A stretch of 64,000 nucleotides of DNA. Origin: an uncultured Pseudomonadales bacterium. Lineage in GTDB: Bacteria; Patescibacteriota; Microgenomatia; UBA1400; UBA12028. Both the position numbers and the translations under genes were made by a program. The DNA is taken from the NCBI GenBank assembly GCA_964635905.1, contig CAZWPK010000005.1, forward strand, positions 4,695-68,694, in the 5' to 3' direction. Shown here one piece after another: positions 1 through 10,070 of this stretch. Under the pieces are notes generated by a model. That model was not told the origin of the DNA. It was given only the letters and a program-made list of their open reading frames with translations, and made no database searches. Position 1 is the first letter of the stretch, and each line of letters opens with the position of its first letter.

Positions 1-1
1 A

Positions 2-586
2 CACTTTTTTGAAGATACGCAAATTGAACTGCAGGATTGCGTCGGACTCGCAACAGGAATGGCATGGACCAGTGTCGGTGGTGATGTGCTCCCTGTCGAA
101 GTTTCGGTAATTCCCAATCGAAAGAGTACCACACTGATCCTTACCGGGAAACTAGGAAAGGTCATGCAAGAATCAGCCCGAGCTGCCTTAACCTATGTCC
201 ATGCCAACGCCAAGAAACTTGGAGTGAATGACGACTTGATAAAGAAAAGTGAAATTCATATCCACGTTCCAGAAGGAGCAGTTCCCAAGGATGGCCCTAG
301 TGCTGGAATCACGATGACGACCGCAATCATTTCTGCCATGACCAACAAAGCAGTGCGTCGCGATGTGGCTATGACCGGAGAAGTCACCCTGCGTGGGAGG
401 GTGCTGGAAATTGGCGGACTCAAAGAGAAAGTTATCGCCGCCCATCGCGCTGGAATTCGAGAAATCATTGCACCGAAAATGAATGAGAAAGATTGGACAA
501 AGATGCCGGAGAATGTCAAAAAGGACATGAATCCACACTTCGTCGAGCACATGGATGAAGTCGTCAAATTGGCATTGGTATCCTAA
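2..586 (+). CDS. lon: Lon protease, C-terminal protease domain (5'-truncated by window)
   Basis: Frame open from base 2; HIHVPEGAVPKDGPSAG (catalytic Ser) and IGGLKEK (catalytic Lys) motifs. Confidence 0.97.
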   Translation, partial: HFFEDTQIELQDCVGLATGMAWTSVGGDVLPVEVSVIPNRKSTTLILTGKLGKVMQESARAALTYVHANAKKLGVNDDLIKKSEIHIHVPEGAVPKDGPSAGITMTTAIISAMTNKAVRRDVAMTGEVTLRGRVLEIGGLKEKVIAAHRAGIREIIAPKMNEKDWTKMPENVKKDMNPHFVEHMDEVVKLALVS

Positions 587-592
587 TCAAGA

Positions 593-838
593 TTACTTAA
601 GATCAGAAGCCTGATATCCCTGTTCCTGAATCACTTTTTTGATCGAGTCTTTGGAGATCATTGCTGGATCAAATTCTACGGTTACTCGTGCTTTGGCATA
701 ACTTGTGGACGCACGCTTGATTCCTGGTGTATCTTCGAGTGCCCCATCAATGTTTAGTGCACAACTGGGACAATGCATTCCTTTAATAGCAAATTCAATC
801 GTTTCTCCATCGGTTTTTTTCTTAAACAGTGAAAACAT
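593..838 (-). CDS. copZ: HMA-domain copper chaperone (CopZ-like)
   Basis: GMHCPSC motif; likely start MFSLFKK at 838, immediately after the upstream stop; last gene of the cop locus. Confidence 0.85.
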   Translation of the reverse strand: MFSLFKKKTDGETIEFAIKGMHCPSCALNIDGALEDTPGIKRASTSYAKARVTVEFDPAMISKDSIKKVIQEQGYQASDLK

Positions 839-839
839 A

Positions 840-1901
840 TTAGATAACCTCCAAGACTCCTGAATACATCCCCATCGAACACGTGAACGTGTACTGCCCT
901 TTCTTTTCAGGGGTAAAGACAACAGATTTTCGATCCGTCGGACCCAATTGCATTTTGATATTAAATGCACGGAGGACAAAAGAGCTGGCACAGGTATACG
1001 TATTGTTGGTGACCAACGTAAGTTGAACGGGTACTCCTACCTTCACACGAATTCTGTTGGGAGAGTATCCATTACGCTTCACATCAATGGTTACCTGCTG
1101 CAGATTTTTACTGGAGAGATTTCCATTGTCGAATTCTCGTTGTGACCATTGTGGGGAGAAGAAGTTTTGTACCGACTCTTGGACTTTATTGAAGGTAATG
1201 GGAGCATCTAGAACAACCAATATTCCATTCAGACTACTTAGTCCCAGAAAAATTAAAAGACAGGCTGCCACCTTCATAAACTGACGGCGGAATCGATCGG
1301 AGAGTCGTGCGGTTGCAATGCCAACGAGTGCAAATAACGGCGATGTCCCCAATACGAAGACAAACATTAACGCAGCTCCATAGAGTGGGTTTGCCGAGGT
1401 TATTGCCAGCACCTCCATGGCTTGCGTCACACCACAGGGAATAAAGATCGTTAAGAACCCAAGTAGTATGGGTGCAAAAAAGGTGGTGTTCTTGGTTGAC
1501 TTTCGAATCAAGCGTTGAATTGCTTTTGGTGGTTGAAATACGACATAGCGAAAAATCGGATGAAGTTCTAGTAAGTTTGCTGCCGTCGCAAACATAAATA
1601 CGGCTGCTAAACCTTGAAAGAGCAAGCGTACTGTCAAACTTAATTCAACTTTTGAGCCTAACCATCCTAATAATAATCCCAGAATCGTGTGAACGATGAT
1701 TTTTGCAACGAGAAATAAACTCACGAAGAGAATATCTTTTTTATTTGCCAGTGGAGAATTGGAATGACCAGCGTTCTCGGTTTCATCCAGCTCTTTCTCT
1801 TTTTGGTTTGCCATGATGCTTGCAAGTAATCCACCTTGCATTGCTAGACACGAGAGACCTCCGGTGGTTAATCCTGTTAAAAAAATAGTTCCCAAATCCA
1901 T
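840..1901 (-). CDS. DsbD_2/TauE-like membrane protein with C-terminal cupredoxin domain
   Basis: GGLSCLAMQGG and FIPCG membrane Cys motifs; C-terminal YTFTCSMGMYSG cupredoxin motif. Confidence 0.85.
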   Translation of the reverse strand: MDLGTIFLTGLTTGGLSCLAMQGGLLASIMANQKEKELDETENAGHSNSPLANKKDILFVSLFLVAKIIVHTILGLLLGWLGSKVELSLTVRLLFQGLAAVFMFATAANLLELHPIFRYVVFQPPKAIQRLIRKSTKNTTFFAPILLGFLTIFIPCGVTQAMEVLAITSANPLYGAALMFVFVLGTSPLFALVGIATARLSDRFRRQFMKVAACLLIFLGLSSLNGILVVLDAPITFNKVQESVQNFFSPQWSQREFDNGNLSSKNLQQVTIDVKRNGYSPNRIRVKVGVPVQLTLVTNNTYTCASSFVLRAFNIKMQLGPTDRKSVVFTPEKKGQYTFTCSMGMYSGVLEVI

Positions 1902-1912
1902 AGATACTCTCC

Positions 1913-4213
1913 CTACAGTTTTATCTTCTTTAAGCGTAATGCATTCAAAACGACAGAGACACTGGAGAACGCCATCGCAGCACCAGCAATGGCGGGGTTA
2001 AGTACTATCCCTGCTACCGGATACAAAACACCTGCGGCGATGGGAATTCCCACTACATTATAAAAGAAAGCCCAGAATAAGTTCTCTTTAATTGTCCGCA
2101 TGGTTGCTCGTGACAGAGTAATAGACTTGGGTAGCTTCGAAATATTTCCACCCAGTAAAGTAATGGAAGCGGATTCAATGGCGACATCCGTACCCGTTCC
2201 CATCGCAATACCAACGTCTGCCTGGGCTAGAGCGGGGGCATCATTAATCCCATCCCCCACCATGGCGACATGTATTTTTTTTGCCTGAATCTTTTTAATT
2301 TCATTGGCCTTATCTTCTGGAAGTACTTCTGCGATTACCGTAGTAATGCCAACTTGCTTGGCAATATATTCTGCGGTCCTGCGATTGTCTCCCGTGAGCA
2401 TGAGGACTTTAATCCCCTGAGCATGGAGCTTCGTAACGACTTCTTTTGCATCATCTTTGATCGTATCGGCAATACCGATATATCCAAGGATGGAGGTGGT
2501 AGTCATCAAGATAATGGGTGTCTTTCCTTGTGAGCCAAACTTGGTGATGATCGCATCATCGACAGATAGTTTCTTTTGCGTCGCTAAACGAACATTTCCG
2601 GCATAGTACTGGATCCCATCGATCTTGCCTTGTAAGCCTTTCCCTTGCAGGGCAGAAAAGTCTTTCACGTGTAGTAACGAAAGTGATTGAGCCTTGGCGT
2701 GTTGCACGATCGCTTGAGCGAGCGGATGTTCTGAATGACCCTCAAGAGATGCAAGGATTTGAAGTATTGTGGAGTCCTTGTTTGACTTAGTTGCCACGAT
2801 ATCGGTAACTTCTGGTTTTCCTTTCGTGAGTGTTCCGGTTTTATCCATGACCATCACAGAAACCGAGCTCAATTTTTCAATACCTTCGGCATTTTTGATT
2901 AAGATTCCATTCTGGGCAGCTTTCCCTACCGCAACAATCACAGCTGTCGGAGTGGCTAATCCCATCGCACACGGGCACGCAATCACGAGTACACCGACAA
3001 AACTGCTTATCCCCAACATGATGGCTTGCGGGAATGGAAGAAACTGACTCCCAATAATCAACCAGACTGCAAGAACAAGGATGGAAAACACTAAAATGAC
3101 CGGGACAAAAACTGCGGAAATCTGATCCGCCAATCGTTCGATTGCAGCTTTAGACCCTTGCGCCTCTTCCACCATCGCAATGATCTGAGAGAGCATGGAA
3201 TCATTCCCTACTTTGGTTGCTTGAACTTGTAGTGATCCCTGCTTATTCATGGTCGCACCAATAACAACATCCCCTTCTTTTTTGTCGACGGGAATTGATT
3301 CACCTGTGATCATCGACTCATCAATTGACGTACTGCCCTCTATGATTTCGCCGTCGACCGGAATTTTTTGACCTGGTTTTACAATCACAACATCATTGAG
3401 AATGACTTCCTCGATAGGAATCTCAATTTGTTTTCCCTCACGCAGTACGAGTGCACTTTTTGCTTGAAGACCTAGGAGTTTTTCAATCGCTTCCCCTGTT
3501 TTTAACTTGGAACGTGCCTCAAGATATTTGCCAAGCGTAATAAATCCAATCACCACAATGGTGACATCGTAGTAGGTCTGTTTTGTATCAAGATACGTTG
3601 CCAACGGACCCTCGAAAGCGGATAGGAAAAAGCTATACAAAAAAGCAACGAGTGTTCCGATTCCCACCAACGTGTCCATATTTGCCACTCGGTAACGAAT
3701 AAATCGGAGAATCCCTTTAAGATAGGGAACACCAAAAATAAACAAGGTGACTGTCGCCAAAATGGGGAGTAAGTGATGAAAGAATCCCATCCAAATCTTG
3801 GGCATTTCTTCCCATAATCCTAGGGTGGTCGCACCTTGTTCCCAACCCATAACGAAGATACTAATTCCCACAAATGGCATTACAAACGACACATGTTTTT
3901 TTAACTCGGCTAGCTCAGCCAGTTTGTGTTCCTTTGAAGCAGCAGTCACGGCTACAGCGTGGTGTGCATGCAGTTCTTCCGCTGGCTGTGAATCAACTAA
4001 GGAGTACCCATATTTTTGAATCCCATTGTTTAAAGCCGCGACGGAAGTGTGGGTGGGATCAAATGAAATCGTAGCTTTCTGCGTTGCATAATTTACTTCG
4101 CAAGCTTCTACTCCATCAATTTTTTTCAATGTGCGCGTAATGATGCTGGAACAGGATGCACAGTGCATCCCCACAACTGGATAGGAGTACGTCACTTTTT
4201 GTTTAGTAGGCAT
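1913..4213 (-). CDS. copA: Cu(I)-translocating P1B-type ATPase
   Basis: GMHCASC, TGES, CPC, DKTGT, SEHPL, GDGINDAP, YN and MAFSS motifs; start MPTKQK (4213) overlaps the regulator's stop. Confidence 0.97.
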   Translation of the reverse strand: MPTKQKVTYSYPVVGMHCASCSSIITRTLKKIDGVEACEVNYATQKATISFDPTHTSVAALNNGIQKYGYSLVDSQPAEELHAHHAVAVTAASKEHKLAELAELKKHVSFVMPFVGISIFVMGWEQGATTLGLWEEMPKIWMGFFHHLLPILATVTLFIFGVPYLKGILRFIRYRVANMDTLVGIGTLVAFLYSFFLSAFEGPLATYLDTKQTYYDVTIVVIGFITLGKYLEARSKLKTGEAIEKLLGLQAKSALVLREGKQIEIPIEEVILNDVVIVKPGQKIPVDGEIIEGSTSIDESMITGESIPVDKKEGDVVIGATMNKQGSLQVQATKVGNDSMLSQIIAMVEEAQGSKAAIERLADQISAVFVPVILVFSILVLAVWLIIGSQFLPFPQAIMLGISSFVGVLVIACPCAMGLATPTAVIVAVGKAAQNGILIKNAEGIEKLSSVSVMVMDKTGTLTKGKPEVTDIVATKSNKDSTILQILASLEGHSEHPLAQAIVQHAKAQSLSLLHVKDFSALQGKGLQGKIDGIQYYAGNVRLATQKKLSVDDAIITKFGSQGKTPIILMTTTSILGYIGIADTIKDDAKEVVTKLHAQGIKVLMLTGDNRRTAEYIAKQVGITTVIAEVLPEDKANEIKKIQAKKIHVAMVGDGINDAPALAQADVGIAMGTGTDVAIESASITLLGGNISKLPKSITLSRATMRTIKENLFWAFFYNVVGIPIAAGVLYPVAGIVLNPAIAGAAMAFSSVSVVLNALRLKKIKL

Positions 4214-4685
4214 AGCGTTTTGGATCCTCTTCAAATTTTTTAAGACAACCACTTGCACAGAAATAATAGGTTTTTCCCTCATGGTCATGACTAAATCCGG
4301 CAGTCTTTGGAGAGACACGCATGTTGCAGACCGGATCATGCACTAAGGGAACCAGTTCCTTCATCTTCAGTTTTAGTTCTGAAGAGAAATCAGCTTCCTT
4401 ATGTTGATCAATGAGAACTTCACGTAACAGATCACTTGCTTGAATGAATTTAGGATCCTGGAGGGAATAATAGATTTGCTTTCCATCACGTCGCGGGACT
4501 ACAACTTGCGCATCCCGAAGAATCATTAAGTGTTGACTGATGTTTGCTTGCGGCAAATCCAGCATCGTATGGATAGCACTGACTGCTAACTCTCCCTCAC
4601 GCAACAGATTGATAATTTCAAGCCTTCGCGGATGGGCGAGAGCTTTCAAAAGATTGGCATGCAAATCAAAGAGTTGGCTATACAT
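4203..4685 (-). CDS. ArsR/SmtB-family regulator fused to YHS/TRASH domain
   Basis: KALAHPRRLEII...QANISQHL..LR wHTH plus C-terminal DPVCNM...YYFCASGC. Confidence 0.9.
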   Translation of the reverse strand: MYSQLFDLHANLLKALAHPRRLEIINLLREGELAVSAIHTMLDLPQANISQHLMILRDAQVVVPRRDGKQIYYSLQDPKFIQASDLLREVLIDQHKEADFSSELKLKMKELVPLVHDPVCNMRVSPKTAGFSHDHEGKTYYFCASGCLKKFEEDPKRYAY

Positions 4686-4725
4686 ATTCGTATATTAGAA
4701 TATGTAAGATCGGTTCGTCAATAGG
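4681..4725 (-). promoter_or_regulatory. cop operon promoter with 12-2-12 ArsR-type operator overlapping -10 and start codon
   Basis: TACATATTCGTA-TA-TTAGAATATGTA (4681-4706, 10/12 arm match); minus-strand TTGACG-N18-TAATAT-N6-ATG. Confidence 0.75.
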
Positions 4726-4808
4726 AAAATCAGAGAGTATTACGTTGCTTTGAGACTTTCGTTGAGCATATCCAGTATCTATTGCTCTATCTGATATACT
4801 CTGGCCAT

Positions 4809-5159
4809 ATGTTTACAGTTCAACTTATCGAAAGCGACGCTCAAAGAAGATCACTCTATACAGCGAAATTAGCTGAAAACGGTATTTCCATCGCAGATGG
4901 ACCGGAAGTAGCTGGAGCAAATCTGGTTTTAGCATCAGTCACTGATCCAGACATAACAAGAAGAGTGAATGAGGTAAAAAGGTTACGAGGCAAATTCCCC
5001 GACTCCCTATTGGCTATCTTGACGCCATATGTAACTCTTGAATTTGTTTATGAAATTGCTCAAATGGTAAATGGCGTTTTTCCTACACAAGCTACTGAGA
5101 AAGATGATGATAGTTGGGCAGATTTTGCAATGAAGCTTCAACAAGTAACACGAGAGTGA
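4809..5159 (+). CDS. Hypothetical protein, degenerate receiver (REC)-like fold
   Basis: VQLIESD start and alpha/beta pattern reminiscent of CheY-like domains, but no phospho-Asp or KP motif; TATACT 8 nt before ATG. Confidence 0.5.
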   Translation: MFTVQLIESDAQRRSLYTAKLAENGISIADGPEVAGANLVLASVTDPDITRRVNEVKRLRGKFPDSLLAILTPYVTLEFVYEIAQMVNGVFPTQATEKDDDSWADFAMKLQQVTRE

Positions 5160-5166
5160 TTGTTTG

Positions 5167-5210
5167 GCATTATAAATGTATCCATTTATAATGCGGAATA
5201 TCTTTCCGCA
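5167..5210. terminator. Perfect 12-bp inverted repeat plus overlapping 7-bp hairpin between convergent genes
   Basis: GCATTATAAATG-tatc-CATTTATAATGC (5167-5194) and TGCGGAA-tatct-TTCCGCA (5192-5210). Confidence 0.5.
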
Positions 5211-5247
5211 CTACTCTGGAAGATTTTTGATCTCTTAGTTGCGCTGA

Positions 5248-5967
5248 TTAGCCTTCAACAATGGTTCCAATGTCTTCACCCAGGACAGCTCGGAGTAAGT
5301 TCCCTTTTTCGAATGCATTAAAGACTAAGATTTTCATCTTGTTTTCCATACACATGGTAAGTCCTGCCGTATCCATGACGCCAATTTCAGGGTTAGAAAT
5401 GGCTTCCATATAGCTTAATTTCTTAAAGCGTTTTGCATCGGTGTGCTTGAAGGGATCCTTATCATACACTCCATCAACCTTGGTTGCCTTCATCACGATG
5501 TCACAATGCAGTTCGAGGGCATGCAGTGTTGCACCCGTGTCAGTGGTGACATAGGGAACCCCAGTTCCAGCGGCAAGTATCACGACACGTCCCTTTTCCA
5601 TATGACGGATGGCTTTGCGACGAATAAAGTTCTCAGCCACAGCAGGCATTGAGAGGGCAGATTGCACTCGGGTGGGAACTCCTTCTTTTTCTAAGGCATC
5701 CTGAAGAGCCAAGGCATTCATCACCGTAGCAAGCATTCCCATATAGTCGGCAGTTGCACGGTCAATTCCATTTTTGGAACCGGACATCCCACGGAAAATA
5801 TTCCCTCCGCCAATGACAATGGCGATTTGCACACCGGTATTATGCATCTCATGGATCTGGGTTGCGATATCTGTAGCCGCTTGCGGAGAGACCCCGTATT
5901 CTCGATCTCCTAACATGATTTCGCCACCTAGTTTGAGCAGCACTCGTTTGTACGCAGGTTCAGACAT
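5248..5967 (-). CDS. pyrH: UMP kinase
   Basis: YKRVLLKLGGE, GGGNIFRG, DYMGMLAT, TTD, DGVYDKDP. Confidence 0.98.
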   Translation of the reverse strand: MSEPAYKRVLLKLGGEIMLGDREYGVSPQAATDIATQIHEMHNTGVQIAIVIGGGNIFRGMSGSKNGIDRATADYMGMLATVMNALALQDALEKEGVPTRVQSALSMPAVAENFIRRKAIRHMEKGRVVILAAGTGVPYVTTDTGATLHALELHCDIVMKATKVDGVYDKDPFKHTDAKRFKKLSYMEAISNPEIGVMDTAGLTMCMENKMKILVFNAFEKGNLLRAVLGEDIGTIVEG

Positions 5968-5994
5968 AGGAATTCCCTTTCAAATGATTACTGG

Positions 5995-7026
5995 TTATAG
6001 TCCAAATTTGGATTTTAGTCGTAACACGCGCCAACGTAAACTATCGAGTTTCTGAAAAATTCCATAGAGGGATGGATTGATCACTAGGTCATAGGTGCCA
6101 ATAAATTGGGAGAGTACCCCACCGTATCCTTCTTTGAAGCGATGAAAGCCATACCACGGATCACTGGGATTAGGAGTTGGACCTAAACTCCCCCACATGT
6201 CAAACATGCTACATCCATGTGCTTTCCCAAATTTAATCACTTCCCAGGCAAGGAGATTATTTGCCATCACTTCGCGATGTTCTCTGGAAGAAGCACCATA
6301 GGGGTAGTACAAGACTCCGTTAAAGATGAAGACGATCCACACGCTCAATGTTTTTCCTTCGAAGACAGCTTTAAAAATATGAGCAATACTAGCTCCGCGC
6401 ATCGCCTTCCACATGCTTCTAAAATACTCGGCATTATGGGCGTAGAATCCTTGACGTTTCGTCGTGTGGTCCAGGAGCGCTAAGTACTCTTCTAAACCTT
6501 GATCAGTGCTGTCTTCAACAATCGTGACGCCTTTTTTTGCAGCCAGATTGATGTTGTACCGCGTTTTTTGATGCATGGCGGCTAGCAATTCTTCTTCGGT
6601 AGGAGTTAAGTTGAGTTGAAAGGTATAGGGAGTGAACAATGGTTTCCCCGCAACGCAGCCGTGGGAGATCAAGAATTCAACGATCTCTTTATGGCTTTTT
6701 ACGGAATCAACGGGAGCCGCAATATTGGGCTCCATTTTGATAAAGAGCGCATTACGCTTCTTCCCCATGTCGAGGAGAGCGTTAAATAACGTTTCATCCG
6801 GCATGCCTCCTCGTGGAAGGTAGCCAATCGTAAAATTGGTATGCGGAACGGGGTGAAACGTAATCTGAAATGCTTGGGTAAGCTTACCCCTTTCAAAGAC
6901 TCCAACACGTTCTACCTGCATCCCTGTTTGCGAACGAAATTCACCCCAGGCAAACGATTGAAGTGGATGGGAAACGGCCGCGTCAAACGCGTCATGCTCA
7001 CTGGCAGTAATGGGCCGAATCACCAT
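5995..7026 (-). CDS. FemABX/MurM-family peptidoglycan bridge aminoacyltransferase
   Basis: HPLQSFAWGEF, YLPRG, KTRYNINLA, YGAS, GFHRFKEGYGG. Confidence 0.92.
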   Translation of the reverse strand: MVIRPITASEHDAFDAAVSHPLQSFAWGEFRSQTGMQVERVGVFERGKLTQAFQITFHPVPHTNFTIGYLPRGGMPDETLFNALLDMGKKRNALFIKMEPNIAAPVDSVKSHKEIVEFLISHGCVAGKPLFTPYTFQLNLTPTEEELLAAMHQKTRYNINLAAKKGVTIVEDSTDQGLEEYLALLDHTTKRQGFYAHNAEYFRSMWKAMRGASIAHIFKAVFEGKTLSVWIVFIFNGVLYYPYGASSREHREVMANNLLAWEVIKFGKAHGCSMFDMWGSLGPTPNPSDPWYGFHRFKEGYGGVLSQFIGTYDLVINPSLYGIFQKLDSLRWRVLRLKSKFGL

Positions 7027-7040
7027 AAGGCCTTATGGTA

Positions 7041-7256
7041 TCACAGCCAACCGGAAAGATATAAACCAGCTACGATACAAACAACAATACCAGCGGAAAG
7101 CAGAAGTACCATGGGTTGGTCTTTCCCCCAGAAACTGGTGCTTTTGTCACAGAACAGCGATCCACAATCACAGAAAACTGGCTTGTGTCGGATCACTTTT
7201 GATTTGGAACTAGATTTTACTGAAGGTCGGGTGGAACGCTTAGTAGTTTTTTTCAT
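7041..7256 (-). CDS. Small basic protein with C-terminal TM helix
   Basis: Fills the gap between pcrA and the FemABX gene; Lys/Ser-rich N-terminus, hydrophobic C-terminus. Confidence 0.5.
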   Translation of the reverse strand: MKKTTKRSTRPSVKSSSKSKVIRHKPVFCDCGSLFCDKSTSFWGKDQPMVLLLSAGIVVCIVAGLYLSGWL

Positions 7257-7307
7257 AGTACATTCAAGCGTATCCAGTTTCATTCAATCATGCAAGAGGA
7301 GAACAAA

Positions 7308-9290
7308 TTAGGAAGATAAGAAGTCAGAGATACTCATGGATCCATCAAGAAAGTCATCAATACTAGGATCATCAAAACGCACGAATCGTTGAACCGCGGG
7401 TTTGGTTGGCTCTGAATTCCAAGAGCCACTGCGTTGCTTATATTTCTGACTCATGTCCACGAGATGCGATTTCGCTGCGTCTTTTTGCACACTACTGGCG
7501 GGAATCTCTGCCAAAAACCGTGAAACTACGGTTCCACTGATGCGGCCATAGAGCAACCGTCTGCGCGCATAGGTTAAGAAGAGTTTTTTTCGTGCCCGTG
7601 TCATCGCTACGTAACACAACCTACGTTCCTCTTCCATTTGTAGTCGATCTAGAAGCGATCGAGAATGTGGGAAAAGTCCTTCTTCCATCCCCACGACAAA
7701 TACCGTATCAAACTCGAGTCCTTTGGCCGCATGAATACTCATTAAGACCACCTGTGTCTCATCGGTTTGTTTCTCTTTCCGTAGGGCATCTTCTTCCACT
7801 AAAGCCACCGTTTCTAAAAACTCCGCGATAGTCGAAAAACGGGAGGCAACGGAACGTAGTTCTTGAATGTTTTCCAGACGTCCAGCTTCTTCTTCATCGG
7901 CAGGATCAAATTGTTCTAGATATTGGGTAAATTGCAAAATAGCGTCAAGAGTAAGTAAGACTGATGATGGTCGTTCGGGATCTGGAATGGCTGGCAGTGT
8001 CCACTGACTTCGATCCACCGTTTGAAGCCAATTTAAATACGATACGGCTTTTCGCTTCCCTAATTTTTCCAGTCGCGACAACGCAATTTCGTCCGTAGGA
8101 AAGACCATTAATCTAAGATGCGCCAATAAATCCTTAATTTCTTTGCGCGCATAAAATCGGACTCCCCCAACGAGGCGATAGGGAATTCCAGCTTTTAAAA
8201 ATCCTTCTTCAAAGGCTCGACTTTGGGCATTCGTTCGGTACAGCACGGCAACACTGGTTAAGGGATCATGCAGTTCTGCCGCAATGTTGCGGATCACAAA
8301 ATTGACTTCTTCGATATCACTCTCACCTTCAAAGATCATGGTCTTTTCACCAGCTCCATTTTGCGTCCACAATTCCAGTACGGGATGAGAAGTATTTTGC
8401 GCAATCAACACACTAGCCACGTCTAAGATGGACTGGGTACTGCGGTAATTTTGTTCCAGTCGGTAGGTCTTCATATCCGGAAACTGTGTCGTGAGCGACA
8501 ACATGTTGCGATAATCTGCTCCACGCCAGGAATAGATGGCTTGTGCAAAATCGCCAACCACAAATAAATTACGCTCTGGAGATAAGAGAAGCTTTGTTAA
8601 GGCAAGTTGAGCGGTATTAGTGTCCTGATATTCATCGATCAAAATAGTAGTGAATTTTTCCCGGTAATACTGTCGGGTATCCTCATGTTCCGAAAGCAGC
8701 GCTACGACTTTGTACAACAGATCATCGAAATCGACCGCATCATTTTTCTCTAAGCGTTTTTGATAGAGCGGAAACAATCGGGCTGCAGTTTCTTGGAATT
8801 TCCCTTTTGCCATGGCATGGTATTCTGCCGGTGTCATGAGTTCATTTTTCGCTGACGAAATCATGGAGAGCATGTTTTTGGGCTTAAACTCTTTGGGAGA
8901 AATCCCCAGTTCTTTCATGATCTCAGCTAAGAGGGAGACCTGATCATCTTCATCATAGATTGTGAAGTTTGGACTAACGTCAATCTGACTACCACTCGCT
9001 CGTAACATACGGGCACAAATGCGATGAAAGGTTCCAGAAAATGGGAGCCCACTTCCCGCTAATTTTTCTACCCGCTCCATCATTTCTAGAGCGGCCTTAT
9101 TGGTAAACGTCACCAACAAGATATTAGAGGGATGCAGTTGATGATGCGCAATCAAATACGCAACCCGCGTCGTTAATACACGTGTTTTACCAGACCCTGC
9201 ACCCGCAATCACCATCGCCGGAGTACCCAATTCATGCTCAACAGCTTGCCGTTGTTCATCATTGAGCTTTGCTAATACTTCGTCAAACAT
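7308..9290 (-). CDS. pcrA: UvrD/PcrA SF1 DNA helicase
   Basis: AGAGSGKT, TFTNKAA, DEYQDTN, EQNYRST, HAAKGLEF, EERRLCYVAMTRA. Confidence 0.97.
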   Translation of the reverse strand: MFDEVLAKLNDEQRQAVEHELGTPAMVIAGAGSGKTRVLTTRVAYLIAHHQLHPSNILLVTFTNKAALEMMERVEKLAGSGLPFSGTFHRICARMLRASGSQIDVSPNFTIYDEDDQVSLLAEIMKELGISPKEFKPKNMLSMISSAKNELMTPAEYHAMAKGKFQETAARLFPLYQKRLEKNDAVDFDDLLYKVVALLSEHEDTRQYYREKFTTILIDEYQDTNTAQLALTKLLLSPERNLFVVGDFAQAIYSWRGADYRNMLSLTTQFPDMKTYRLEQNYRSTQSILDVASVLIAQNTSHPVLELWTQNGAGEKTMIFEGESDIEEVNFVIRNIAAELHDPLTSVAVLYRTNAQSRAFEEGFLKAGIPYRLVGGVRFYARKEIKDLLAHLRLMVFPTDEIALSRLEKLGKRKAVSYLNWLQTVDRSQWTLPAIPDPERPSSVLLTLDAILQFTQYLEQFDPADEEEAGRLENIQELRSVASRFSTIAEFLETVALVEEDALRKEKQTDETQVVLMSIHAAKGLEFDTVFVVGMEEGLFPHSRSLLDRLQMEEERRLCYVAMTRARKKLFLTYARRRLLYGRISGTVVSRFLAEIPASSVQKDAAKSHLVDMSQKYKQRSGSWNSEPTKPAVQRFVRFDDPSIDDFLDGSMSISDFLSS

Positions 9291-9377
9291 ATGGGTCAGT
9301 GTACAACAAATTGTTGCGCGTTTATAGATGATCGTCTATAGTGGCTCCAGGAGAACGAACACGATAGACAGATCCGT

Positions 9378-10070
9378 ATGAAAACAGTCATTGCCAATTT
9401 CAAATCGAATAAATCAATCAAGGAATACGAGGAATGGCTCCATACCTACCAAGAGTACCTTCCGCAGTTGCATCCTTCATTTCGTATTGTCCTTGCTCCC
9501 AGTTTCCCAGCTCTACCACTCTTTTCATCTTGGCTTGATCGCAACCAGACTACTCAAACTTTTTTAGGAGTGCAGGATCTAAGCTCCTTTCCAGCTGGTG
9601 CGTATACCGGTGCGGTGAGTGCTCAAAATCTTATCGATTTAGGGGTGACCTACGCCATCCTCGGACATTCGGAGCGTCGACGATACTTTCATGAAACAAC
9701 GCAAGATGTGACCAACAAAGTTGCAGAATGTCTTGCCAATCAAATCACCCCGATTGTTTGTGTTACTGCTGACCAAGTTGAGGCACAAGCTGCAGCCATC
9801 GATGATGGGGACAAAACAAAGATTCTCATCGCTTATGAACCAATCGAACACATTGGAACCGGAATTTCTGATTCAGAATCCAATATCCTGGCGACGAAGG
9901 AACGTGTCGCTCATGCATTTGGAAATGTTTCCTACATCTATGGTGGAAGCGTGAATCCGTCTACGGAGTCGTCAATTTTGCAGGAAGATTCTATTGATGG
10001 CTTTTTAGTTGGTACGGCATCGCTATCTGCCACTACCTTTACTTCCCTACTCTCATCCCTGATTCATTAA
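9378..10070 (+). CDS. tpiA: Triosephosphate isomerase
   Basis: ANFK, GAYTG, GHSERR, AYEP, YGGSV. Confidence 0.96.
   Translation: MKTVIANFKSNKSIKEYEEWLHTYQEYLPQLHPSFRIVLAPSFPALPLFSSWLDRNQTTQTFLGVQDLSSFPAGAYTGAVSAQNLIDLGVTYAILGHSERRRYFHETTQDVTNKVAECLANQITPIVCVTADQVEAQAAAIDDGDKTKILIAYEPIEHIGTGISDSESNILATKERVAHAFGNVSYIYGGSVNPSTESSILQEDSIDGFLVGTASLSATTFTSLLSSLIH

Noticed and set aside
4214-4339. N-terminal extension of CopA in the ORF track (similar extensions on rpsF, lexA, htrA, copZ, pgi, pmp3 and the ABC ATPase)
   Set aside because: They overlap upstream genes or promoters; downstream ATGs with an SD or -10 box fit the family N-termini
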